From the IMG/VR virus record IMGVR_UViG_2778261570_000016: a stretch of DNA of 27,732 bases; one strand, given 5' to 3'. Under the pieces are notes generated by a model that was given only the letters and a program-made list of their open reading frames with translations, did not search any database and was not told the origin of the DNA. Position numbers and translations under genes: made by a program. The DNA is from a virus. Taxonomy: Duplodnaviria; Heunggongvirae; Uroviricota; Caudoviricetes. This document shows, piece after piece, positions 1 to 7,938 of this stretch (position 1 is the stretch's first letter; each line of letters starts with the position of its first letter).

Positions 1-332
1 GGCTGTTTACCGGAACGGATTTCGGGATTGTGTTTGGTGCGTTCGCCGGGGCGTTGTTTGTGGCAACGATGCCGCAGGCGCTTTCAGCCTGGCGTGTTGC
101 GGCGCATTTTCTGGTGTCGTTTATCGTCGGCGTACTGGGGGCGCGCGTGCTGTCAGCCTGGATTGCTGTAAAAACAGGGCATGACGGCACCTCTGCTGAT
201 GCGCTGTGTGCTGTGGTGGTGTCTGTATTGTCGGTAAAAGTGCTGTCCTTTGTGCACAGGCAGGACGTTATATCACTGATGTCCTGTCTGCTCTCCCGCC
301 TGAAGAGTGGAGGAGGCGACAATGTTAAGTAA
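1..332 (+). CDS. Putative holin-like membrane protein (5' end uncertain; frame is open to the window edge, in-window GTG at 30)
   Basis: About 100 aa with two to three hydrophobic helices (GIVFGAFAGALFVATM, FLVSFIVGVLGARVLSAWIAV, ALCAVVVSVLSV) and a charged C-terminus, sitting just upstream of the endolysin. Confidence 0.45.
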   Translation, partial: LFTGTDFGIVFGAFAGALFVATMPQALSAWRVAAHFLVSFIVGVLGARVLSAWIAVKTGHDGTSADALCAVVVSVLSVKVLSFVHRQDVISLMSCLLSRLKSGGGDNVK

Positions 333-597
333 CCTTTCCGGATTGCTGAATGTGGCGTTATGCACGGTTATCGTGCTGACGCTCTTTTTTTATCGCCGCC
401 GTGATTCCAGACATAAACCGCTGATGTCATGGCTGGCCTGGCTGCTGATGCTGCTGTATGCCTTTGCGCCCCTCAGCTATCTGTGTGGTCGCCCGTTAGC
501 AACGGGCTGGCTGGAAGTGTTTTTTAACCTGCTGTTTTGCGTGCTGGTGGTACGCGCACGCGGGAACGTCGCAAGAATCTTTCCATTGTTGAGGTGA
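322..597 (+). CDS. Small membrane protein, holin/antiholin-like
   Basis: ATG at 322 preceded by GGAGGAG; 91 aa with hydrophobic helices and basic patches; stop lies 2 nt before the endolysin ATG. Confidence 0.45.
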   Translation: MLSNLSGLLNVALCTVIVLTLFFYRRRDSRHKPLMSWLAWLLMLLYAFAPLSYLCGRPLATGWLEVFFNLLFCVLVVRARGNVARIFPLLR

Positions 598-599
598 AT

Positions 600-977
600 A
601 TGTCGGGTAAATTCAGATTCAGCCGTCGCAGTGAAAAAAATCTGGAGGGCGTCAAACCACAGCTGGTTGCTGTCGTTCGCCGTGCCCTTGAGCTGACGGA
701 GGTTGATTTCGGTATTACGGAAGGGCTGCGCAGTAAGTATCGCCAGAAACAGCTGGTCGCAGAAGGTAAGAGCCAGACCATGAACAGCCGCCACCTGACC
801 GGTGATGCGGTGGATGTTGTGGCCTACATTGGCAGCCAGGTGTCATGGGACTGGCCTCTGTACGAGAAAATCGCGCAGGCATTTAAGCAGGCTGCCGCAG
901 AGCTGGGAACCGCCATTGAATGGGGCGGGGACTGGAAAACACTGAAAGACGGGCCTCATTTTCAATTGAAGCGATAG
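600..977 (+). CDS. Endolysin, peptidase M15 family (L-alanyl-D-glutamate endopeptidase type)
   Basis: Translation contains SRHLTGDAVD and DGPHFQ, the zinc-ligand His/Asp motifs of M15/VanY-like phage endolysins. Internal ATG (MSGKFRF) with GAGG RBS preferred over the longer ORF-track start at 537. Confidence 0.85.
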   Translation: MSGKFRFSRRSEKNLEGVKPQLVAVVRRALELTEVDFGITEGLRSKYRQKQLVAEGKSQTMNSRHLTGDAVDVVAYIGSQVSWDWPLYEKIAQAFKQAAAELGTAIEWGGDWKTLKDGPHFQLKR

Positions 978-992
978 CTTGCAAAACATACA

Positions 993-1018
993 GGGCCGCC
1001 ATGAGCGGCTTTTTTATT
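993..1018 (+). terminator. Weak hairpin plus T-run after the endolysin (possible partial terminator)
   Basis: GCCGC-catga-GCGGC followed by TTTTTTATTG. Confidence 0.3.
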
Positions 1019-1047
1019 GCTCAAAAAACGAAAGAACGGAGGTACGT

Positions 1048-1329
1048 ATGTACGCACTCAAGAAAATCACGGTAACTGAAGATGGTCGTCAGGTTGAAGA
1101 AGTGCATGTTCTGGGGAATATGTATCGCCTGGAATTTTACCCGCGCAACACTCACCTTGCTGCCCAAGTGGAGTATTGCCGGGATGGAAATGTGCCATGC
1201 ATTTTGGTGGAAAAAACGGATGAAGCCTACATCACCACGCTGGCGGGTGACACGGTGCGTTGTATCTGTCGCGGTGACAGTAAAGCCAGGGGTGAAATAG
1301 CCAGATGCCGCACCCAGGGCAGTAAATAA
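1048..1329 (+). CDS. Hypothetical Cys-rich small protein (93 aa)
   Basis: ATG with GGAGG 8 nt upstream; five Cys (CRDGNVPC, CICRG, C near C-terminus), no transmembrane segment; followed by a strong terminator. Confidence 0.5.
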   Translation: MYALKKITVTEDGRQVEEVHVLGNMYRLEFYPRNTHLAAQVEYCRDGNVPCILVEKTDEAYITTLAGDTVRCICRGDSKARGEIARCRTQGSK

Positions 1330-1335
1330 AAAAAC

Positions 1336-1375
1336 AAAACCCCGGCTGCTGGAACAGTCCGGGGTTTTGAGTTTT
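1336..1375 (+). terminator. Rho-independent terminator
   Basis: CCCCGG-ctgctggaacagt-CCGGGG stem-loop followed by TTTTGAGTTTT; A-run upstream, so possibly bidirectional. Confidence 0.7.
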
Positions 1376-1460
1376 CACGTCAGAGAGGAAATTGTGAGTA
1401 GTGAGTACGGAGAAAATCCTCGTGGGAAAGTATAAAAGATTCTTTTTGAGGTTGTCCATT

Positions 1461-1574
1461 ATGAAAGGTATTGAAGTGGAAACTCCCGCGAGCCTTGATT
1501 TGACAAGGGCTGCGGCCTTTGCAATTCGCCTTGTGGCGGTCGCTGTTCTGATTTGGGCTGTGCGTTGGTGGTGA
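1461..1574 (+). CDS. Small membrane peptide (37 aa, C-terminal hydrophobic helix)
   Basis: MKGIEVETPASLDLTRAAAFAIRLVAVAVLIWAVRWW; GAGG about 9 nt upstream; stop is 1 nt before the next ATG. Below the ORF-track length cutoff. Confidence 0.3.
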   Translation: MKGIEVETPASLDLTRAAAFAIRLVAVAVLIWAVRWW

Positions 1575-1575
1575 T

Positions 1576-1758
1576 ATGACGCGAAAACACTGGACACACA
1601 GAATGCCGCGAACGGCGGCGAAATGGGCACTGGTAGCGATACTGGTGCCTTTTTTTCTGGTGGGATGCGTCAGTCTGGATAAGGCGCGCCAGCTTTTCGA
1701 TACAGCTTCTCAGGTCTGTGAAATTGTCAACGGTGTTCGGCAGTGCCTGCAGAACTGA
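1576..1758 (+). CDS. Small lipoprotein (60 aa), possibly o-spanin-like or a lysogenic-conversion lipoprotein
   Basis: Signal peptide ending in lipobox L-V-G-C (AILVPFFLVGC); mature part about 30 aa with two Cys (QVCEIVNGVRQC). Confidence 0.45.
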   Translation: MTRKHWTHRMPRTAAKWALVAILVPFFLVGCVSLDKARQLFDTASQVCEIVNGVRQCLQN

Positions 1759-1931
1759 TCTCCTGTAAGAGCAGAATATTTTGCTGAAAAATGAAGGATG
1801 CGCCCGCGTCCGGAAAGCATGAAATTCTGCTGCGTGTGCCAATTTTATCTTATTCATTCTAAATCTTGCCGAATCAAGATGAACTTTGATCAACTGCCTG
1901 GCGGCAAGGGGCATTAAAACAGGAGAAAATT

Positions 1932-2039
1932 ATGTGGAAACCTACAGGTGACAAGTTAATCACCGCGTTGATTGACGGCAAGCCACAATACTTACGCATT
2001 GAAATGAGTGGTCAGCATGCTCGTTTGATTCGTGAGTAA
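1932..2039 (+). CDS. Hypothetical micro-protein (35 aa)
   Basis: AGGAG 7 nt upstream of ATG; MWKPTGDKLITALIDGKPQYLRIEMSGQHARLIRE; no similarity recognised. Confidence 0.3.
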   Translation: MWKPTGDKLITALIDGKPQYLRIEMSGQHARLIRE

Positions 2040-2162
2040 CAGGCATTACAGCAGCCCTTCAGTGTGAGGGGCTGCGATAATGTCAAAGCTCGTTATCAGC
2101 ACCCGCCGCGCACCCAGCGCACTGGCTGTTAGTGAGCTTTTTTATTCATCAAGCGAGGCTGT

Positions 2163-2957
2163 ATGAGCGAGAAATTGAAGATCGTCTATCGCCCGTTACA
2201 AAAACTGTCTCCGTATGCGCACAACGCCAGGACACACAGCCCTGAGCAGGTGGCACAACTGGTAGAAAGCATTAAGCAATTCGGCTGGACCAATCCGGTG
2301 CTGATTGACGAAAAGGGCGAAATTATTGCTGGTCACGGTCGCGTGATGGCGGCTGAGGTGCTCAAAATGGATTCTGTTCCGGTCATTGTTCTGTCTGGCC
2401 TGACGGATGATCAGAAAAAGGCGTACCGCCTGGCAGATAATCGCCTGCCGCTCAACGCTGGCTGGGATGAAGATCTGTTACGGATGGAGCTGTCGGACCT
2501 AATCAATGCTGATTTTGATATCTCCCTGACAGGATTCAGCCCGACAGAAATTGATGAACTGTTGACGGATGTTTTGCCCGGTACAGGAAATAATGAGGAG
2601 GAACCGTACACGACGAAAATTGATACGCCTGTTTATGAGCCGTCAGGCGATAAACCGGATATCAGTGAACTGTACGACGATACGAAAACTCAGGAGCTGG
2701 TCAGCCGGATACGTTCGGCGTCCCTTGAGCCTGATATCGAAAAATTCCTCCTGTGCGCGGCAGAACGTCACACGGTGTTTAATTTCAGCAGAATTGCGGA
2801 CTATTACGCTCACGCCCCCGCTGAAATTCAGAGCCTTTTTGAGGAGTCGGCGCTGGTGATCATTGATTATCAGCAGGCTATTGAAAATGGATTTGTCCGG
2901 ATGACGCAGCGCATGGTGGAGATCATGCATGGCGGGGAGGAGGAGGAATATGCGTGA
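2163..2957 (+). CDS. ParB-like nuclease domain protein
   Basis: N-terminal ParB/sulfiredoxin-type region (KLSPYAHNARTH...GEIIAGHGRVMAA) as found in phage ParB-like nucleases upstream of terminase genes; acidic C-terminal tail. Confidence 0.75.
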   Translation: MSEKLKIVYRPLQKLSPYAHNARTHSPEQVAQLVESIKQFGWTNPVLIDEKGEIIAGHGRVMAAEVLKMDSVPVIVLSGLTDDQKKAYRLADNRLPLNAGWDEDLLRMELSDLINADFDISLTGFSPTEIDELLTDVLPGTGNNEEEPYTTKIDTPVYEPSGDKPDISELYDDTKTQELVSRIRSASLEPDIEKFLLCAAERHTVFNFSRIADYYAHAPAEIQSLFEESALVIIDYQQAIENGFVRMTQRMVEIMHGGEEEEYA

Positions 2958-3882
2958 TGATTTTTGCGCCTTTATTCTGACTCACGGGCGTCCGGACAAA
3001 GTTCTGACTTACCGGACGTTGCGTCGTGCTGGCTATACCGGGAAAGTTTTTATCGTTGTTGATGATGAAGATAAGACACGGCATCAGTACATAGCTGAAT
3101 TTGGTGAACAGGTGCTGGTGTTTTCCAAAGCCGATATAGCCAGTCGTTTTGACGAAGCCGATAATTTCGGTGATCGCCGCTCAATTTTTTACGCCCGTAA
3201 TGCCAGTTTTGACCTGGCAAAAAAGGTCGGGTGTAAATACTTCATTCAGCTCGATGATGATTATCACGAGTTTCAGTTTCGGGTGGATCGCAACTATGAC
3301 CAGGCCTATTTTCCGATAAGGAAACTGGATGCGATCCTTTCTGAAATGCTGGCGTATTACGAATCAATACCTGCTCTTTCCATCGCTATGTCGCAGGGCG
3401 GGGATTTTCTCGGTGACAATGGCGGCCATGCTTCATGGGTGAAACGCAAGGCAATGAACAGCTTTATCTGTTCGGTTGAGCGACCGTTCTCATTCATGGG
3501 GCGCATTAACGAGGATGTGAATACGTACACGAATCTCGGTCGCCGTGGTGAATTGTTTATGACGATCGGTGCTGTCCAGTTAGGGCAGAAACGGACGCAG
3601 AAAAACAGCGGCGGAATGACCGAGCTGTATCTGGATTCCGGAACCTACGTTAAAAGTTTTTACTCCGTCATGTATGCGCCGTCGTGCGTAAAAATCTCAC
3701 TGATGGGTGCCAGCCATAAACGCATTCACCATCAGGTCACCTGGAACAACGCTGCAGTAAAAATCCTTCACGAAAAATACAGGAAGAAGACACCCTGCAT
3801 ATCAATGGGGGTGACAAATGATTCCGTATTCGAAAGTCGAGTCTCTGGCTGCGTGCCGGATGACTGCACAACAAATCGCTGA
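2950..3882 (+). CDS. Hypothetical protein with GT-A-like (nucleotide-sugar transferase-like) motifs; function unknown
   Basis: ATG inside GGAGGAGGAGGAATATG overlapping the ParB stop. Beta-strand/acidic pattern FILTHGRP...FIVVDDEDK...FIQLDDDY resembles the DXD signature of GT-A fold transferases. No transmembrane segment. Functional call is weak. Confidence 0.55.
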   Translation: MRDDFCAFILTHGRPDKVLTYRTLRRAGYTGKVFIVVDDEDKTRHQYIAEFGEQVLVFSKADIASRFDEADNFGDRRSIFYARNASFDLAKKVGCKYFIQLDDDYHEFQFRVDRNYDQAYFPIRKLDAILSEMLAYYESIPALSIAMSQGGDFLGDNGGHASWVKRKAMNSFICSVERPFSFMGRINEDVNTYTNLGRRGELFMTIGAVQLGQKRTQKNSGGMTELYLDSGTYVKSFYSVMYAPSCVKISLMGASHKRIHHQVTWNNAAVKILHEKYRKKTPCISMGVTNDSVFESRVSGCVPDDCTTNR

Positions 3883-4069
3883 CGTTCTGGATGTTGATCT
3901 GAACCGACTGAAAGAAAATCGGGAAGCAATGACAAATTTTTACGCGTCCATCCGTAAGGGCAGAGCGAAAGGTGAAGCCGAGCTACGGGCGGCATTGTTT
4001 AAGCTTGCCAGAAAAGGGGATGCCTTTGCCCTGCGCGAACTACTCAGGGTGGATAAAAATCAGGATTAA
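3818..4069 (+). CDS. Small putative DNA-binding protein (83 aa)
   Basis: GGGGGTGA RBS; helix-turn-helix-like segment (MTAQQIADVLDVDLNRL); overlaps the upstream gene by about 65 nt, so the start could instead be the internal ATG at 3860. Confidence 0.45.
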   Translation: MIPYSKVESLAACRMTAQQIADVLDVDLNRLKENREAMTNFYASIRKGRAKGEAELRAALFKLARKGDAFALRELLRVDKNQD

Positions 4070-4072
4070 CTG

Positions 4073-5164
4073 ATGAGCAGACCGGACTGGGGGGCGTTGC
4101 AGCAGGAGTATATTGCTGAATACACCCGCTCCGGTATATCTCCGGTGGCATGGTGTGAAGCAAGGGGACTGAATTACGCAACAGCCCGTCGTTACATCAA
4201 AAAACCTCCGAAAAATGCGCAGGCAGAATTGCGCAAAACTGCGCAAAAAAGTGCGCAGAAAAAACCTGCGCAGACTGCGCAAAAGCTGAACGGAAAATCT
4301 CAGGAAAAAAAGCCAGTATCCGATGCGTACCTGAATGAGGGCGATGCGGAAGAAATTTCGTTCTGTCCCGATGAATTCGGCATTTCAGACCAGCAGGCGA
4401 AATTCGCAATGCTGGTTGCCCAGGGTAAAAAGCCGACTGAGGCATACCGACTGGCTGGTTATGAAGGGCAAGGTGCGACAGCAAACAGCAACGCCAGCCG
4501 TATGCTTAGAAATGCCAGGGTTTATCGTGCCATCAGTTACTTTCGCAATCAGTACCAGAAACGCTATACCGCAGACCTGGATTTGCTGGTGAGTCAGTTG
4601 ATGGCCATCGTCCAGGCCGACCCCAATCAGTTGGCACAATTTCGCCGTGTTAACTGCCGTTATTGCTGGGGCGAGAATCACCTCTACCAGTGGCGTGATA
4701 TTGCAGAATTCGATAAGGCAGCGGCACAGGCCTCCAGAGATGGCAAACCCGAGCCGGAATATGGAGGCCTCGGCTTTGTTGATAACGCCATACCCAATCC
4801 GGACTGCCCGAAGTGCTGCGGTGAGGGAACGGGACAGCTTTATATGGCTGATACCACTCTGCTTGATGGGGATGCGCGGCAATTATATGCAGGGGCAAAA
4901 CTCGGAAAATTCGGCGTTGAGATCCTGCTGGAGGATAAGGCTGCCGCCCGGCGCGAACTTATCAAGCTGATAATGGCGACGAAAGGAAGTTCTGCTGGTG
5001 GTGCAACTGACAGTCGCAATGATCTGGAGCTTGAAGGACTGAGGCTTCGCAACGAAAAGCTGCGCACTGAGATTGAAAACCTCAAAAAAGGCGTGGGTGG
5101 TGAGAATAACGAAATAATTATCCACAACTCTCTGCCGATGCCGGGAGTGGATAATGTCGATTGA
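4073..5164 (+). CDS. Terminase small subunit
   Basis: N-terminal HTH-like region, then the segment ISDQQAKFAMLVAQGKKPTEAYRLAGYEGQGATANSNASRMLRNARV typical of small terminases, Cys cluster and C-terminal coiled coil; directly upstream of and overlapping the large terminase. Confidence 0.75.
   Translation: MSRPDWGALQQEYIAEYTRSGISPVAWCEARGLNYATARRYIKKPPKNAQAELRKTAQKSAQKKPAQTAQKLNGKSQEKKPVSDAYLNEGDAEEISFCPDEFGISDQQAKFAMLVAQGKKPTEAYRLAGYEGQGATANSNASRMLRNARVYRAISYFRNQYQKRYTADLDLLVSQLMAIVQADPNQLAQFRRVNCRYCWGENHLYQWRDIAEFDKAAAQASRDGKPEPEYGGLGFVDNAIPNPDCPKCCGEGTGQLYMADTTLLDGDARQLYAGAKLGKFGVEILLEDKAAARRELIKLIMATKGSSAGGATDSRNDLELEGLRLRNEKLRTEIENLKKGVGGENNEIIIHNSLPMPGVDNVD
4216..4281. repeat. Six copies of palindromic hexamer TGCGCA spaced 9-15 bp apart inside the small terminase gene
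   Basis: Read directly from sequence: TGCGCA at about 4216, 4230, 4240, 4252, 4267, 4276; encodes an AQK-rich linker. Confidence 0.5.
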
Positions 5165-6482
5165 AATCTACCTCCCAAAACCTCATGAGGGGCAAATAGC
5201 TGCATGGACGGCGGCAATAGAGGAACGCTTCCACGCGGTATGCTGTGGTCGTCGCTGGGGTAAAACGGTGATGCTGGTGAACATCGCTACCAGTTTCGCT
5301 ACGCGGAAATTTGCCATTCCTACCACCGGGCAACTTATCGCGGGTAGGGTGGGGATTTTTACCGCGCAATACCGCCAGTACCAGGAAATCTGGGATGAAA
5401 TTAGCGCCGTTCTGCAACCGCTGATCCTCAGTCAGTCAAAAAATGAAAAGCGCATCATTCTCCGTAATGGGGGGCGCATCGACTTTTGGGTAACGGACAA
5501 TAACAAACTGGCCGGGCGTGGGCGTAAATATCACGCTGTGCTGATTGATGAGGCCGCATTCACTAAATCGCAGGAAATGCTCGAGGAAATCTGGCCCCGC
5601 GCTATACGCCCGACGCTTGTTGATTACCGTGGCTGTGCGTGGGTATTTTCCACACCAAACGGTATCGACGAGAGTAATTTTTTCTACGCGATATGCCACG
5701 ATGAATCCCTGGGATTTGTCATGCACCATGCGCCAACTTCGTCGAATCCGTACATTCCGAAAGAAGAACTGGAGGAAACGGAGAAGAAATCCGATCCGCG
5801 CGTCTGGCAGCAGGAATATCTTGCCGAGTTCGTGGACTGGTCCAAAGATGCGTTACTCGATGTCGATAAGCTGCTGGTGGACGGTCAGCCGATTGAGATG
5901 CCGCCGCACTGCGACATGATTTTCGCAGTGATGGATACGGCGTTGAAAGGCGGAACCGAAAATGATGGTACTGGCGTGGTGTATTTCGCTTATGAGTCAA
6001 CGTATTCGGACGAGCCAAAACTGACGATTATTGACTGGGATGTGACGCAAATTAAAGCGTCATTGCTTCCTGAATATATCCCCGGCGTTTATGACAACCT
6101 CGAGCGCCTCGCGAAATTATGCCGTCCGCGTCTGGGCAGCCAGGGAATTTTTATGGAAGACGCCGCGATGGGGGCAATCCTCAACCAGAAGGCGGAAACC
6201 GAAGGCTGGGATATGACGCCGATTAAATCGGCACTAACCAGCAAGGGCAAAGACGAACGGGCGGTGATGGCATCCAGCTACCACTATCAGGGGATGTGCA
6301 AAATCGTCCGGGAGGCTTACGACAAGACCGTTTCATTCAAACGCACCACCGCAAACCACCTCATAAAACAAATCGCCGGGTTCCACCTGGCAGACAAAGA
6401 TGCGCATAAACGTGCTGATGACCTTTTCGATTGTTACACCTATGGATTGATCATCGCGCACGGTAATTACGCGGAATTGTAA
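5154..6482 (+). CDS. Terminase large subunit
   Basis: Walker A-like CCGRRWGKT and Walker B VLIDEAAF in the N-terminal ATPase half; acidic residues in the C-terminal nuclease half; 442 aa; start overlaps the small terminase stop. Confidence 0.9.
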   Translation: MSIEIYLPKPHEGQIAAWTAAIEERFHAVCCGRRWGKTVMLVNIATSFATRKFAIPTTGQLIAGRVGIFTAQYRQYQEIWDEISAVLQPLILSQSKNEKRIILRNGGRIDFWVTDNNKLAGRGRKYHAVLIDEAAFTKSQEMLEEIWPRAIRPTLVDYRGCAWVFSTPNGIDESNFFYAICHDESLGFVMHHAPTSSNPYIPKEELEETEKKSDPRVWQQEYLAEFVDWSKDALLDVDKLLVDGQPIEMPPHCDMIFAVMDTALKGGTENDGTGVVYFAYESTYSDEPKLTIIDWDVTQIKASLLPEYIPGVYDNLERLAKLCRPRLGSQGIFMEDAAMGAILNQKAETEGWDMTPIKSALTSKGKDERAVMASSYHYQGMCKIVREAYDKTVSFKRTTANHLIKQIAGFHLADKDAHKRADDLFDCYTYGLIIAHGNYAEL

Positions 6483-6501
6483 AAATCTGGATTTTTTTCT
6501 G

Positions 6502-7938
6502 ATGGCTGAGATCGAGATTTCTGTAAATCTCAGTTCTTCGCTGATGCGCATTCTTGAGGCTGAAGAAATTCAGCCGGGAACCGACATTGGCTATGAACTG
6601 TGTAAACTGCTGTGGCAGTACCATCCGCTGGGCGGAAAACTTGTCGAAAAACCCATACTGATGGCGATGTGTAAGCCGCGCCAGTATAACGTGGAGACAG
6701 ACCCTGACGAGAGGGTTGTGAGGCGTTTTCAGGAGGTATGGGAACGCATGAAGGTCAACGAGAAGATTAAAAATCTGTTTTTTCTGTCTCGTTGCTACGG
6801 TGCTGCAGCGATCGGCGTGGGCACCGACAGCGTTCCATGTCGTGAACCGCTTCCGACGTTCGGACTGACAGAAGATGACGTGTATATCAACGCGTGGGAT
6901 CCGTTGAACGCTTCCGGTTCGATGGTGACTGACCAGAACCCCAACAGCCCGTTTTTCCAGGAAGCCAATAAAAAACTGAAGATTGGCGGAAAAGACTGGC
7001 ATCCGTCACGCACACTGAAAATCTTCAACGGCACACCGATTTATCTGGAGTTTCAGAGTTCATCGTTCGGATTCACCGGGCGAAGCGTGTTTCAGCGAGT
7101 TCTTTATTCCCTGAAATCCTATATCAATACGATGGAGGCGAATGATCTCGTCAGCCAGAAGGCAGGCGTACTGGTGGCTAAAGTTGTGCAGAACGGTTCG
7201 AAAATTGACGGGATCATGGCTGCTGCCACGGGGCGTAAAAGGGAAAACGTGAAAGCCGCCAAAAATAAAGGCGTGTTGAGTATTGGAAAAGACGAAGACG
7301 TAAGTTCACTGAACCTGCAAAACATCGATGGGGCGCTGAATACATCCCGTGACAACATCATTGCTGATATTGCCGCCGGGAGTGACGTTCCGGCCATTAT
7401 TATCAAGGAAGAAGCATTCAGTAACGGATTCGGTGAAGGTAAGGAGGACTCGAAAGCTATCAGCCAGTATATCGATGGTGTACGCCAGCAGATTGAACCT
7501 GTGATGGATTATTTCGAACGCCTGGTGCAGTACATCGCCTGGAACGAGGAATTTTATCAGTCGCTGAAAAATGATTACCCGGACATCATAACCGACGACT
7601 ATAAAACCACGTTTTACCAGTGGCGACGTGAATTTACCGCGACGTGGCAGGAGCTGGTGGAGGAGTCGCCGGACAAACGCCGGGAAAGCGACAGTAAAGT
7701 GATTCAACAGGCGATAGCACTTTTCTCTGCCGTGTCGCCACAGGTTGATCCTGAAAACCGCGCCGCCCTTGCTGAATGGCTGGCAAGCCTTGTTAATGCC
7801 ACGCAAACCTATGGCGAAGCTCCACTCATCATTGATGTGGACGCGCTGGCGAATTATGAACCACCGAAGCAGGAGACGCCTGATGGCAATTTCCAGCCGG
7901 GCGGTGAGGAAGAAGAAACGGATCAGGACTCTGTATGA
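6502..7938 (+). CDS. Portal protein
   Basis: 478 aa, immediately after the large terminase and before a MuF-like head morphogenesis gene; acidic C-terminus. Confidence 0.7.
   Translation: MAEIEISVNLSSSLMRILEAEEIQPGTDIGYELCKLLWQYHPLGGKLVEKPILMAMCKPRQYNVETDPDERVVRRFQEVWERMKVNEKIKNLFFLSRCYGAAAIGVGTDSVPCREPLPTFGLTEDDVYINAWDPLNASGSMVTDQNPNSPFFQEANKKLKIGGKDWHPSRTLKIFNGTPIYLEFQSSSFGFTGRSVFQRVLYSLKSYINTMEANDLVSQKAGVLVAKVVQNGSKIDGIMAAATGRKRENVKAAKNKGVLSIGKDEDVSSLNLQNIDGALNTSRDNIIADIAAGSDVPAIIIKEEAFSNGFGEGKEDSKAISQYIDGVRQQIEPVMDYFERLVQYIAWNEEFYQSLKNDYPDIITDDYKTTFYQWRREFTATWQELVEESPDKRRESDSKVIQQAIALFSAVSPQVDPENRAALAEWLASLVNATQTYGEAPLIIDVDALANYEPPKQETPDGNFQPGGEEEETDQDSV

Noticed and set aside
537-599. 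Longer endolysin start at 537 (MRAGGTRTRERR...) and GTG start at 307 for the preceding membrane protein
   Set aside because: The upstream extensions overlap the preceding genes extensively and lack an RBS; internal ATGs at 600 and 322 have good Shine-Dalgarno sequences.
1232-1914. Minus-strand ORFs 1232..1630 and 1459..1914 spanning the terminator and small-gene region
   Set aside because: They run through a strong terminator hairpin and intergenic AT-rich DNA and give translations with no features; the + strand small genes have RBSs and signal-peptide or transmembrane features.
4385-7806. Several minus-strand ORFs of 150-180 aa inside the terminase and portal genes (4385..4882, 6451..7002, 7306..7806)
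   Set aside because: Fully embedded antisense to well-supported + strand genes with recognisable motifs; no RBS or independent support.
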